Positions 9,641-18,623 of a stretch of DNA of 64,000 bases are shown here, piece by piece. The DNA comes from Planctomycetota bacterium. Lineage in GTDB: Bacteria > Planctomycetota > UBA1135 > UBA2386. Each line of letters opens with the position of its first letter. Positions within the stretch are counted from its first letter, which is position 1. The notes beneath the pieces are model-generated. The model made no database searches. It was given only the letters and a program-made list of their open reading frames with translations, and was not told the DNA's origin. The translations under genes and the position numbers were made by a program. The DNA lies in the NCBI GenBank assembly GCA_965223545.1, contig OZ245006.1, positions 4,160,001 to 4,224,000 of the forward strand, given 5' to 3'.

Positions 9641-9677
9641 TCATTGCGTCCACGCTGAGATCGGCTCGGCACTCGGA

Positions 9678-9755
9678 CAAAGAATCGGCCCCCGGGGGTG
9701 CGCTAACACCCACCGAGAGCCTAACCCGCAAAGTGAGGAAAGCACGATGCAGGCT
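9678..9755 (-). ncRNA. Candidate SymR-like cis-antisense RNA over the RBS and start of ORF 9747
   Basis: Minus strand reads CAT...TTCCTCAC...GTTAGGCTCTCGGTGGGTGTTAGCGCACCCCCGGGGGCC GATTCTTTG. The hairpin loop GTGTTAGCGCAC resembles the SymR terminal hairpin as I recall it. Ends approximate. Confidence 0.35.
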
Positions 9756-10028
9756 GAGCGTAAACCTAGCGCTCTCGTTGGTTTCGGCCAACTGTTGGCT
9801 TCGCGTCTCGAGGAACTCGAGCGCAAGCACCCCAACCCCGACCACGCCGCGCGGATCGAGGAGCTCGTCAACGAGCTGGCGAGACGCTTTGAGATGCATC
9901 CGGAGATCGACGCGAGCACCTCGGCGCCGGCGTGGCGCCTTGTCGACACGATGACCGCACACGACATCGCGCGGCTTCGGGTTCGCACCGTCACGATGCT
10001 GCAGCCGATCGAGGGAGGTTCGCGATGA
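9747..10028 (+). CDS. Hypothetical protein
   Basis: GAGG RBS, ATG at 9747, ATGA coupling to the recombinase. Confidence 0.6.
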   Translation: MQAERKPSALVGFGQLLASRLEELERKHPNPDHAARIEELVNELARRFEMHPEIDASTSAPAWRLVDTMTAHDIARLRVRTVTMLQPIEGGSR

Positions 10029-11023
10029 CCGCCATCGCACTCGCGGCACCCGCTCCCGACCCGCGCGACGTTCCTGCGGTGCTTCAGCGCGAGCTGGGCG
10101 AGGACTGGTTGCGCGGCAAGAGCCCTGCGACCATCGCGGCATACCGCGGCGACCTTCGGCAGTTGGCGCTCTGGCTCGAGCTGCCCGGCGGAGAACAGGC
10201 CACGCTCGGCTACGTGACGCGACTCAGCTCTGTCGCGTTGAATGGGCTGGCTTTGCGCTGGCGCGGCGCGATGACCGAAGCGGGCCTGTCCAGCTCGACC
10301 ACCAATCGCAGGCTCGCATCGCTTCGTTCAGCGGTCAGGTTCGCGCGCATGCTCGGCATGACGTCGGCGACGATCGATGTCGCTGGCGTCCGACCTGAGC
10401 CTCGACGCGACAGCCGAGGCCCGACCGCAACCGAATTTCGAACGATGCTCGAGGCGCTCGAGCGGCGGCCCGATCACGCGCGCAAGTTGCGCCTTCGAGC
10501 GATGCTGCTTTGCCTTGGCGTGCTTGGTTTGCGTCGTGGCGAAGTCCTCGGTCTCGACCGTGAACACTGGGCCGACGGTCGCCTCATGGTGAAGCCGAAG
10601 GGTAGGCGAGAACGTCATCCCCTGACGGTGCCCCCGCTGGTGGCAACGGCGCTCGACCGATGGTGTGCGTCGTGGCCTGCGGAGGATGGGCCGCTGTTCG
10701 TCACGCTGCGCGGACGCACGACGGGTGCACGACTGTCGGCGACGGCGTTTGCCGGCTCGCTCAAGGTGCTTGGTCGCCAGGCAGGGCTCGAGCGTCCAGT
10801 GCGGCCACACGGCTTGCGACACTGCGCCGTCACGTGTGCGCTCGACACGCGCGACGGCGACTTGCGCGCCGTGAGGCGCTTTTCACGCCACGCGTCGCTC
10901 TCGATGCTGCTCGTCTACGACGACGATCGAACCGACACGTTCGGCGAGATTGCGCGCGCCGTCGAGGCCGCGCTCGTTCCGCAGGCCGTCGTCGAAGCGA
11001 CGAACGCGAAGGGAGGCGCGTGA
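10025..11023 (+). CDS. Tyrosine recombinase (XerC/D-like)
   Basis: SPATIAAYRGDL and SSTTNRRLASLRS in the N-domain; catalytic GLRRGE, K, HGLRH, SRH and Y (LLVYDD). Confidence 0.92.
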   Translation: MTAIALAAPAPDPRDVPAVLQRELGEDWLRGKSPATIAAYRGDLRQLALWLELPGGEQATLGYVTRLSSVALNGLALRWRGAMTEAGLSSSTTNRRLASLRSAVRFARMLGMTSATIDVAGVRPEPRRDSRGPTATEFRTMLEALERRPDHARKLRLRAMLLCLGVLGLRRGEVLGLDREHWADGRLMVKPKGRRERHPLTVPPLVATALDRWCASWPAEDGPLFVTLRGRTTGARLSATAFAGSLKVLGRQAGLERPVRPHGLRHCAVTCALDTRDGDLRAVRRFSRHASLSMLLVYDDDRTDTFGEIARAVEAALVPQAVVEATNAKGGA

Positions 11024-11517
11024 TGGGCTGGGTCGGTGCGCGTGAACTCACCCCGGAAGAGATGGCGAAGATCAGCGAGCGGAACCGCGACCAGCTTGGA
11101 CCGCACGCGCACGAACAGCTGGCCGAAGCTCTGTTCGATGAACTCCGCGAGGTGTCGGACGCGTCGCGCGGCGACGTTGATCCCGGCACCTTCGTGCTGG
11201 CGGCGCTGGCCCGTGCGGCGCCAGGCGTCGCGAGCGGACTTGACTTCGCGATGAACTACTACCGGCATGAGCCCGAGGTGCTCAACGTCCTGGTGGGCGC
11301 TTTAACGCTGGCCGGCGACTATGAGTACATCCGGGGCAACCTGGCCGATGCGGACCCCGCGATTCGCCGTGCCCAACAGTCGGCCCTGTGGATGCTCAAG
11401 GGCATCGAGGCGGCTTTCCCAGCCGATCAGTTCGAGCCCAATCCTGGCGAAGCGCTGAGCCAACACGAGGCGCGTTTCCGAATCGACCATCAGCGTGCCG
11501 GCGGGGCCGACTTCTGA
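11023..11517 (+). CDS. Hypothetical protein
   Basis: GGAGG RBS, TGATG coupling, protein-like composition. Confidence 0.65.
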   Translation: MGWVGARELTPEEMAKISERNRDQLGPHAHEQLAEALFDELREVSDASRGDVDPGTFVLAALARAAPGVASGLDFAMNYYRHEPEVLNVLVGALTLAGDYEYIRGNLADADPAIRRAQQSALWMLKGIEAAFPADQFEPNPGEALSQHEARFRIDHQRAGGADF

Positions 11518-11987
11518 TGTGCGGCGGCGCGTCGGTCCGTGTTCCGGCGCGTCGCCACCCGCTCGCGCCGCATAAGCGCGATTCAGCCTTGTCGCTCGCC
11601 GGGCGGCGGCGAGGGCGCATTCGGCGCTCGCTGTTGCGCCGCGGACCGCGCTTCGCCATGGCGCCGAATGCAGCAGCCAGACGCTGCCCATCGCAGAAAG
11701 CGAAAAAAAGTTGGGGCGCACTCGTCGGCCGCCCGAGCGAACGGGTGCAACGGCAACTCTGTGCCAACCGGGAACGGGCGAGAAGGGGGTAAGTGCCTTG
11801 AGCGTGTCGGCCTACGTCACTTGGCGACGTCCTACGCCATTCCGCGTGGGCCCGTGCCGCGGCAACGTCGTGTCAAGAAGAGGATCAAACTCAACACCGA
11901 AGACTCGGCAAGACGTCGGTGGACCACTCTAGACGCGCCTTTGCGTGGCCTGGCGCTCTTGCCCTGAGCGAGGCAGTTTGAACTTCC

Positions 11988-12197
11988 ATGATCTCGATCT
12001 CACCCGCACAGCAGTTGCTCACTGTCGACCAGGTTGCGGTCGTCCTGCAGATCTCACGTCGCACGGTGTTTCGGCTGTCCGCCGATCCACGGAGTGGCTT
12101 CCCGCCCAAGTTGCGCATCCGGGGCTCGACTCGGTTTCGCAAATCGGACGTCCTTCGCTTCTGCCAGACTGGGGGCAGGGAGAGCGTCGAGAGCTGA
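11988..12197 (+). CDS. AlpA/excisionase-like helix-turn-helix protein
   Basis: LLTVDQVAVVLQISRRTVFRL...FPPKLRIRGSTRFRKSDV; TGATG-coupled to the integrase. Confidence 0.85.
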   Translation: MISISPAQQLLTVDQVAVVLQISRRTVFRLSADPRSGFPPKLRIRGSTRFRKSDVLRFCQTGGRESVES

Positions 12198-13522
12198 TGG
12201 GTCGGAGCGGCACGAATCCGTACCGCCGCCGAGGCTCGCCGTATTGGCAGATCCTCTACCGCGATGCTGAAGGACGGAAGCGACGCGAATCGACAAAGAC
12301 CGGTGACATTGTGATCGCTCGCGCAATCCTCGCGGAGCGAGTCAAGGAGGCTGCGCAAGGGCGTGTCGGGCATCGTGACGAATACGCGGCTACGCGCCGG
12401 GCGGACGTCGACGATCTGATCGAAGCGTTCTGTGAGGCCCGTCTGGGGCGAGGGATCACGCAGAAGCGGGTCAGCGATCTAGCTCGCTTCCTGCGTTCCG
12501 TGTGCTCGCGGGCCAGCGTGCGCCGTCTGGACGACGTGGACGTGGCTCGCGTGGAGCGAGTCTTGGCGACGATCCGACGGGAGCGTTCCGTCTGCACCCG
12601 GGACCACCATGCAGCCGCCCTACGAACGTTTGGCTTATGGCTCGTTCGCAGTGATCGTTGGCCAACCGATCCCTTCGCAGCGATCGAAACGCACACGCGG
12701 ACCGAAGCCGATCGCAAGTTCGACCGCCGAGCGCTTCGGCTCGAAGAGCTGGAGCTGCTTGCCGCAGCCGCCCCGCAGCGAGCAGTGCAGCGCTGGGTCG
12801 CGACGCACCCTCCCGGGTCGGACGACGATGAGGCCAAGCGGGCCTCGACGATCGAGGAACTCGAGCGGCGTGGTAGAGAGCGGGGACTGCTGTACTTGTT
12901 CCTCGCGTACACTGGCATGCGTCGAACCGCCTGTCAGCGGTTGCGATGGCGGGACGTCGTTCTCGACGGCGAACACCCTCGCGTCGTGATCCGGGCAGAG
13001 ACACAGAAGGGTCGGCGAGATCACTTCGTGCCGTTGGCTCCTTGGTTGGTGAGTGCGCTACCCGAACGCCGCCGCGAGCGTGCGCTCTGGGGTCGCCACC
13101 CGAATGGTGGTCCGCTGTCGGGGCCGGTGAGAGACAGCGACCCGCTGTTTCATGTGCCCGACAAGCTCGCGGAGCTCTTGCGCCACGACGCCGAGTTTGC
13201 GGGTTTGGGTGATCGAGACCCCACGTGGGATCGCCTCGATGCCCACGCGCTGCGCAAGTCCTGCGCGACGCTGCTGGTGGAGGCCGGAATGCCGCCCGCG
13301 ATTGCCCAGAAGGTGCTGGGGCACAAACGCATCACCACCACGATGAAGTACTACGCACGCATCGGCGACGACCTCGTACGTTCCGAGTTGGCTCGCCTGC
13401 CTGCTCCCGTGTGCACTCCCGTGTGCACTCAACCAGTTCCCGGTGAGTCAACGCATGGCACACCAGGACACACCGAGGGCGACGACGATCCGCCCCAAAC
13501 CGATGAAACGAAGACTGGATAG
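12197..13522 (+). CDS. Tyrosine integrase with an N-terminal arm-binding domain
   Basis: YWQILYRDAEGRKRRESTKT arm-binding region; YTGMRR, K, HALRK, LGH and TTMKYY catalytic motifs. Confidence 0.93.
   Translation: MGRSGTNPYRRRGSPYWQILYRDAEGRKRRESTKTGDIVIARAILAERVKEAAQGRVGHRDEYAATRRADVDDLIEAFCEARLGRGITQKRVSDLARFLRSVCSRASVRRLDDVDVARVERVLATIRRERSVCTRDHHAAALRTFGLWLVRSDRWPTDPFAAIETHTRTEADRKFDRRALRLEELELLAAAAPQRAVQRWVATHPPGSDDDEAKRASTIEELERRGRERGLLYLFLAYTGMRRTACQRLRWRDVVLDGEHPRVVIRAETQKGRRDHFVPLAPWLVSALPERRRERALWGRHPNGGPLSGPVRDSDPLFHVPDKLAELLRHDAEFAGLGDRDPTWDRLDAHALRKSCATLLVEAGMPPAIAQKVLGHKRITTTMKYYARIGDDLVRSELARLPAPVCTPVCTQPVPGESTHGTPGHTEGDDDPPQTDETKTG
13404..13430. repeat. 12-bp tandem direct repeat, candidate arm-type site
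   Basis: CTCCCGTGTGCA twice plus CTC, in the integrase 3' tail after the catalytic Tyr. Confidence 0.55.
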
Positions 13523-13635
13523 CCCAATCGGGCGCGAAGTGGCACACTGTGTCACGGATGTGGAGAGGACTACGCGATTCCTTCGAATCCCGCAGGGCCC
13601 ACGATCGCGCGGGGCTGGGAACGGAAGCGAGAGCG

Positions 13636-14106
13636 ATGTACTTCTGGGACATTCAAGCACTCCGGCGCGACCTCTCGTCGAGAGCCACTTCGCCGCCGGG
13701 CATCGGCTATCTCTCTGCGTTGCTGCTCGTTCCTCCACTGGTCCATTTCACCGTGGATTTCATTGTTGGATTCGACCAGGTGTACGCGAGTCGCCCTAAC
13801 GTCGTTGATAGCACGTCAGAGCTCGCGTACGTCGCGGTGATTCTCGCAGGTCTTTGGTACTGCTGGATGAGAAAGCGCACTCGGGACGACTTCCTGCTGA
13901 GGGCGACGTGCTTGGCGTGGCCGTGCTTCGTACGGGTCCACGTGGTGTTGCTGCCTTCGGTCGTCCTGATTCCGATGGTGGTTCCCCAGTGGTTCACCAG
14001 TGAGTCCAGCACCTGGTTCTTCTATCTGCCGGACTATGGCGGAGCAGCGGCGGTCGGGTTCATGACCGGGAATCACATGGCAGGGCTGTCTTCGGTGGAA
14101 GCGTAG
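13636..14106 (+). CDS. Hypothetical integral membrane protein
   Basis: MYFWDIQALRRDL start and four hydrophobic segments. Confidence 0.65.
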   Translation: MYFWDIQALRRDLSSRATSPPGIGYLSALLLVPPLVHFTVDFIVGFDQVYASRPNVVDSTSELAYVAVILAGLWYCWMRKRTRDDFLLRATCLAWPCFVRVHVVLLPSVVLIPMVVPQWFTSESSTWFFYLPDYGGAAAVGFMTGNHMAGLSSVEA

Positions 14107-14257
14107 GGGAGCTGGCCGCCGTCGCCGGTCTCGCGCCACGCGATGCAATCACTCGCGTAGGTCGTCGGAGGTTGCCCGTACCAGGGGAGATTCTCCCGTT
14201 TGTGCCGAATGGTACCGAAAGCGTCGTGAGGGCGGGGTCGCGGTCCAGCTTGTCGCC

Positions 14258-16009
14258 ATGCCGGTCGTCGGCGAGGATGCGGCGATGCTCGACCGATCCG
14301 CTCGCGGTTGCCTCACGGTGTTTCTCGGCTGCGCGCTCTCGTGCCCACTGGACGCGCAGGCGAGCCAAGAGGAGTTCTTCGGGCTCGATCGGATCTGGGA
14401 CGTGCACATCACCGTGGACTCGGCGGATTGGAAGCAGCTGTTTCCCTCGGCGAGCCAGTCGCCGACGCGGCTGTTCGGCAAGTTCCCGTATCGGCCGGCG
14501 GCGGTGACGATTGGCGCGCATCGATTCGAGAACGTCGGGTTTCGGATGAAGGGCAACGCGACGTTCTTGGCCACGGGGGGCACGTTGAAGCGGTCACTCA
14601 AGATCGATTTCGACCGGTTCGTCGATGGGCAGCGGTTCTTGGGCATGGGCAAGCTCAATCTGCAGTGCAATGCGCTCGACGGGACGCAGATCAAAGAAGC
14701 GGTCAGCTACTCGATCTACCGCGCCTGTGGGGTTCCCGCCGGACGGACGGCGTTCGCGCGGGTCTACGTCACCATGCCGGATGTGCTCGAAAAGGCGTAC
14801 GTCGGCCTCTACACGGTCGTGGAGCAGGTCGATCAACGGTTCGCCAAGCGCGTGCTGGGCAGTGAAGGGCTGATCCTCAAGCCCGATGGCGAGACCTTGG
14901 GCTACTACGGTGCCGCCTGGAACGACGACTACGAGGCGGCCTATCACCCGAAGAGTGCGGTGACCGACGCGCTCGCGCAGCCGCTCATCGCGACGGCCGA
15001 CCTGTTCGACGAGCCCGATGACGACGTGTTCGCGGCCGGGCTCGAGGCGGTGATGGACGTCGATGGATTCTTGGCCTACACGGCGGTGACGGCGATCTTG
15101 ATCAACAGCGACAGTCCGCTGACGGTCCCCGACAACCACTACCTGGTCGTGCCCGAGGCGACCAAGAAGGTGACGTGGGTGCCGTGGGACATGAACTGGA
15201 GCATGGGGGAGTACGGGCGGGTGACGCAGACTCCCCACCTCGAGCTGAGCGTGCTGCGGCCGACCGAGAAGGAGATCTTTTGGCGCGTGCTCGGCATTCC
15301 GAAGTTCGAGCAGCGCTACAGAGAGATCTTGGCGCGGTGCATCGAGGGGCCCTGCTCGGCCGAGGCCATGCGCGCGGCGGTCGAGCAAGCGGAGGCCACG
15401 GCGGGTGCCGCGCGGACCGCGGAGGAGGACCGCGACGCTCTCGTCACCGACGCCGGCGAGGAGTTGGGTGGCCGGCGACGCGATCACCGGATGCTGAGTG
15501 GGCGCGCCGGCGACAACGTCGAGGGGCTGATCGAGTTCGTCGAACGGCGCGCCGCCCTGGTCGCCGCCGAGCTGCGCGGCGAACACGAGGGCAAGCCGGC
15601 GCGCAATCTGTTCGGCACCGACGAGCGTATGCCGCGCGGGGATGGAGTCCGCGACGCGTTCATCGAGGTGGCGGGTCTCGATCCGGAGCGGGAGGCGTTC
15701 GATGGGGAGGCCCTCGACGCTGTCTTGGCTTCGGCGTTCGCGGCGCTGGACAGGGACAACTCCGATACCGTCGACGCCGAGGAGGTGGCCAGGGTCCTGC
15801 ACCGCAGGGCGCGCGCCGCCGGCATGGGGTTCCTCGCCCGCTTGGCGCCCGCGCGCGGCGAGCGTTCCGTCCGCTACCTGGACGGCGATGGCGATGGGCT
15901 GGTCGACGGGGGCGAGTGGGAGGCCGGTGTGCAGGCGTTGCAGCGCTATTGGGACCGGGATCTCGATGGTCGCTGGAGCCGTCGAGAGCTGGGTCTGTCC
16001 GCCCCGTGA
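14258..16009 (+). CDS. CotH kinase family protein with C-terminal EF-hand-like motifs
   Basis: VGFRMKGN, KRSLKIDFD, YVGLYTVVEQVD, DNHYL and WVPWDMNWSMG; C-terminal DRDNSDTVD, DGDGDGLVD and DRDLDG. The start may be 14285. Confidence 0.88.
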   Translation: MPVVGEDAAMLDRSARGCLTVFLGCALSCPLDAQASQEEFFGLDRIWDVHITVDSADWKQLFPSASQSPTRLFGKFPYRPAAVTIGAHRFENVGFRMKGNATFLATGGTLKRSLKIDFDRFVDGQRFLGMGKLNLQCNALDGTQIKEAVSYSIYRACGVPAGRTAFARVYVTMPDVLEKAYVGLYTVVEQVDQRFAKRVLGSEGLILKPDGETLGYYGAAWNDDYEAAYHPKSAVTDALAQPLIATADLFDEPDDDVFAAGLEAVMDVDGFLAYTAVTAILINSDSPLTVPDNHYLVVPEATKKVTWVPWDMNWSMGEYGRVTQTPHLELSVLRPTEKEIFWRVLGIPKFEQRYREILARCIEGPCSAEAMRAAVEQAEATAGAARTAEEDRDALVTDAGEELGGRRRDHRMLSGRAGDNVEGLIEFVERRAALVAAELRGEHEGKPARNLFGTDERMPRGDGVRDAFIEVAGLDPEREAFDGEALDAVLASAFAALDRDNSDTVDAEEVARVLHRRARAAGMGFLARLAPARGERSVRYLDGDGDGLVDGGEWEAGVQALQRYWDRDLDGRWSRRELGLSAP

Positions 16010-16126
16010 CCCGGCGGGTCCGGCCTGTCCCGATCAGTCCGTTGCGGTGGGCAGTGCGGTCCGCGTTCGTGGACGATCGCCCCCGGACTTGCCCGCCGGC
16101 CGATTCTCCCTAACCTCCGCGGCCTC

Positions 16127-16912
16127 GTGTACACGATCCTGATCGCCGCCGGAATCGCACTGCTCGCCGCCGCCAGCGGTGTGCTGACCGGCATCTGGGG
16201 CTGGGTGGGGGCGATCTTCATCGCCCTCCTGGTGTTCGCCATCGTCTGGGTGCTGGCGGCGCGCCGCCTGATGCGCACCCTACAACCGCGCTTCGACCGC
16301 GTGCGCAAGCAGGCCGAGGCCGGGCAGGCCGACGCCGCGATGCAATCGCTCGAGGAGCTGTTGGCGATGGGGCCATGGATGCCGGGGCTCACCGGGCAGA
16401 TCCACGCGCAGCTCGGCACGCTGGCGCTGCACAACGGCAACGAGAAGAAGGCGCGCGAGCACCTTGCGCGGTCCAGCCGCCGCTCCGCCGAGGGGCAGCT
16501 GGTGCTCGCGTCGCTGCACCAGCGCAACGGCGACACCAAGGCGGCGCTCGACGTGCTGGCGCGGGCGGCGCCGTTCAACAAGTCGCACGGCCTGTTCCAC
16601 AACGTCTACGCCTACTTGCTGCACAAGGCCGACCGGGTGGACGAGGCCATCGCGCAGCTCAACCGGCTGCTGAAGAAGGCGCCCGATCACGCCATCGGCA
16701 AGGACAACCTGCTGCGCCTACAGAACGGGCAGAAGATGGACCTCAAGCCGTTCGGGCGCGAGTGGTTCGCGCTCGGCTTGGAGCGCCCCCCGGCCAGCAT
16801 GGGGGAGCTGCGCACCGCGCGGAAGGGCTTCCGTCAGGCTCCCAAGCAGAGCAAATCCGGCAAACCGGCGCGCGCGTCGAGGTCGAAGCCGAAGAAGCGG
16901 CGCAAGGGCTGA
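16127..16912 (+). CDS. Membrane-anchored TPR protein
   Basis: Two N-terminal TM helices, TPR-like repeats and a basic tail. Confidence 0.75.
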   Translation: MYTILIAAGIALLAAASGVLTGIWGWVGAIFIALLVFAIVWVLAARRLMRTLQPRFDRVRKQAEAGQADAAMQSLEELLAMGPWMPGLTGQIHAQLGTLALHNGNEKKAREHLARSSRRSAEGQLVLASLHQRNGDTKAALDVLARAAPFNKSHGLFHNVYAYLLHKADRVDEAIAQLNRLLKKAPDHAIGKDNLLRLQNGQKMDLKPFGREWFALGLERPPASMGELRTARKGFRQAPKQSKSGKPARASRSKPKKRRKG

Positions 16913-16929
16913 CGTGCGCCGCCGCGCGG

Positions 16930-17799
16930 TCAGGCCGCGCGGCGTTCGCGGCCGCGGCCCTCGGCCTCGTCGTACACGCTCTGCGGGTGCGGGCGCAGGT
17001 CCCAAACGACACCGATCTTGGCCAGCAGCGACAGGATCGAGTAGGTCGTGTCGATCTCCCACCAGTACATGCCTTGGCGGGCCGCACCGGGGCTGCGGTG
17101 GTGGTTGTTGTGCCAGCCCTCGCCGCCGGTGAGCAGCGCCAGCAGCCAGTTGTTGCGGCTGTCGTCGCGGGTCTCGAAGCGCCGCTTGCCGACGACGTGC
17201 GCCAGCGAGTTGATCATGAAGGTGGAGTGCCAGAGCACTACCGTGCTGATGAAGCCGCCCCACACCAGCCAGGACAGGCCTCCGGCAAAGAACAGCACGA
17301 CACACAGGAGCACGTAGGGCACGAGGTGCCAGCGGTTGAGCCAGCGCAGCTCCGGGAAACGAGCGTAGTCCTTGATGCGGTCGAAGTCGGTCGCCAAGTG
17401 CTCGCGGCACAAGATCCAACCGACGTGCGCCCACCAGAACCCGTGCTTCACCGGCGAATGCAGATCGCGTTCGGTGTCGGAATGGGTGTGGTGGCTGCGG
17501 TGGTGCGCGGCCCACCAGAGCACGCCCTTCTGCGCCGAAGACACGGCCAAGGTCGCCAGCAAGAACTGTCCGACGCGGCTGGTCTTGAACGAGCGGTGCG
17601 CGAAGTAGCGGTGGTAGCCGGCGGTGACGCCGAACATGCGCACGAAGTAGAGCCCGGCGCAGAGCAGGACTTCGGTCCAACCAAAGGGGACGAACAGCGC
17701 GAGCACGCACGCGACGTGCACGCCCAAGAACGGAATCGAGCCCGCCAGATCGAAGGTGGCGAGTGGTCTGGAAAAACCCGTATGCGTCGTGGTGGTCAT
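16930..17799 (-). CDS. Acyl-CoA (delta-9 type) fatty acid desaturase
   Basis: His boxes GYHRYFAHRS, HHRSHH and EGWHNNHH; W..D.T motif. Confidence 0.92.
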   Translation of the reverse strand: MTTTTHTGFSRPLATFDLAGSIPFLGVHVACVLALFVPFGWTEVLLCAGLYFVRMFGVTAGYHRYFAHRSFKTSRVGQFLLATLAVSSAQKGVLWWAAHHRSHHTHSDTERDLHSPVKHGFWWAHVGWILCREHLATDFDRIKDYARFPELRWLNRWHLVPYVLLCVVLFFAGGLSWLVWGGFISTVVLWHSTFMINSLAHVVGKRRFETRDDSRNNWLLALLTGGEGWHNNHHRSPGAARQGMYWWEIDTTYSILSLLAKIGVVWDLRPHPQSVYDEAEGRGRERRAA

Positions 17800-17909
17800 G
17801 GCGTTTGCCGGATGGACTGCGAACTGAGGCAGCGCGTCTTTTTCGGCGGAACTCGCGCCGGCCATGGTCAAACCCGTGTCAACTTTCCGTGACACGGCCC
17901 CGGTCCATG

Positions 17910-18623
17910 TCATCGGTCGAACCGGTAGCCGGTGCCGCGGACCGTGACGATGTGCCGTGGCTGCCGCGGATCCTCCTCGAACAGGCGCCGCAGGCGGAGG
18001 ATGAAGTTGTCGACCGTGCGCGTCGTCAGGTCGCCCGGGGCTCCCCAGACCTCTTCCAGCAGCCGCGCGCGGCTCACCGGGCGCCCCTGCTCCTCGGCCA
18101 GGTAGCGCAGCAACAGTGCCTCGGTCCGGCTGAGCTGCACCTTTTCGCCCCGGGCGCCGATCGCGCGGAACGTCTTGAAGTTGACCCGGCACGAGCCGAA
18201 CTCGAGCACGTGCGCGCTGCGTTCCTCTTGGGCGTTCGTCGAGCGATGCCATGCCTGGCGCCGCAGCAGCACCCGCACGCGCGCCAGCAGTTCGTCCAGG
18301 TCGAACGGCTTGGTCATGTAGTCGTCGGCGCCGGCGTCCAGCGCGCGGATCATGTCCTCGGGGAGGTTGCGCGCGGTGAGCACGAGGACCGGCGTGAGGT
18401 TGCGCGACTGCCGCATGTGGCGCGCGATTTCGAGCCCGTTGCCGCCGGGCAGCATCAGATCGAGGATCGTCAGGTCGAACACCGGGGCGTCTTCGGCGTC
18501 GATCCAATGCATGGCCTGTGGCGCGGTGCGCGCCACGGTGACGTCGTAGCCGGAGCTGATGAGGTTGAACTCCAGCGCGTCGGCCAGGTGCTCCTCGTCT
18601 TCCACCAACAGGATGTGCGTCAA
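17910..18623 (-). CDS. OmpR-family response regulator
   Basis: ILLVEDE, LDLMLPG, LTA, GADDYMTKPF and winged-helix TVRGTGYRF. Confidence 0.95.
   Translation of the reverse strand: MTHILLVEDEEHLADALEFNLISSGYDVTVARTAPQAMHWIDAEDAPVFDLTILDLMLPGGNGLEIARHMRQSRNLTPVLVLTARNLPEDMIRALDAGADDYMTKPFDLDELLARVRVLLRRQAWHRSTNAQEERSAHVLEFGSCRVNFKTFRAIGARGEKVQLSRTEALLLRYLAEEQGRPVSRARLLEEVWGAPGDLTTRTVDNFILRLRRLFEEDPRQPRHIVTVRGTGYRFDR

Larger units (their letters stand above)
1..13555. mobile_element. Integrated element (phage-satellite-like or defective prophage); left end lies outside the window
   Basis: Excisionase and tyrosine integrase at the right end, a second recombinase, ParB-like, RHH and tape-measure genes, and tightly coupled + strand hypothetical ORFs. 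Housekeeping-type genes resume after about 13.6-14.2 kb. The right boundary is approximate. Confidence 0.85.

Noticed and set aside
11518..11987. Short ORFs between the two recombinase units
   Set aside because: Several overlapping low-complexity frames, none with an RBS or motif; treated as non-coding.
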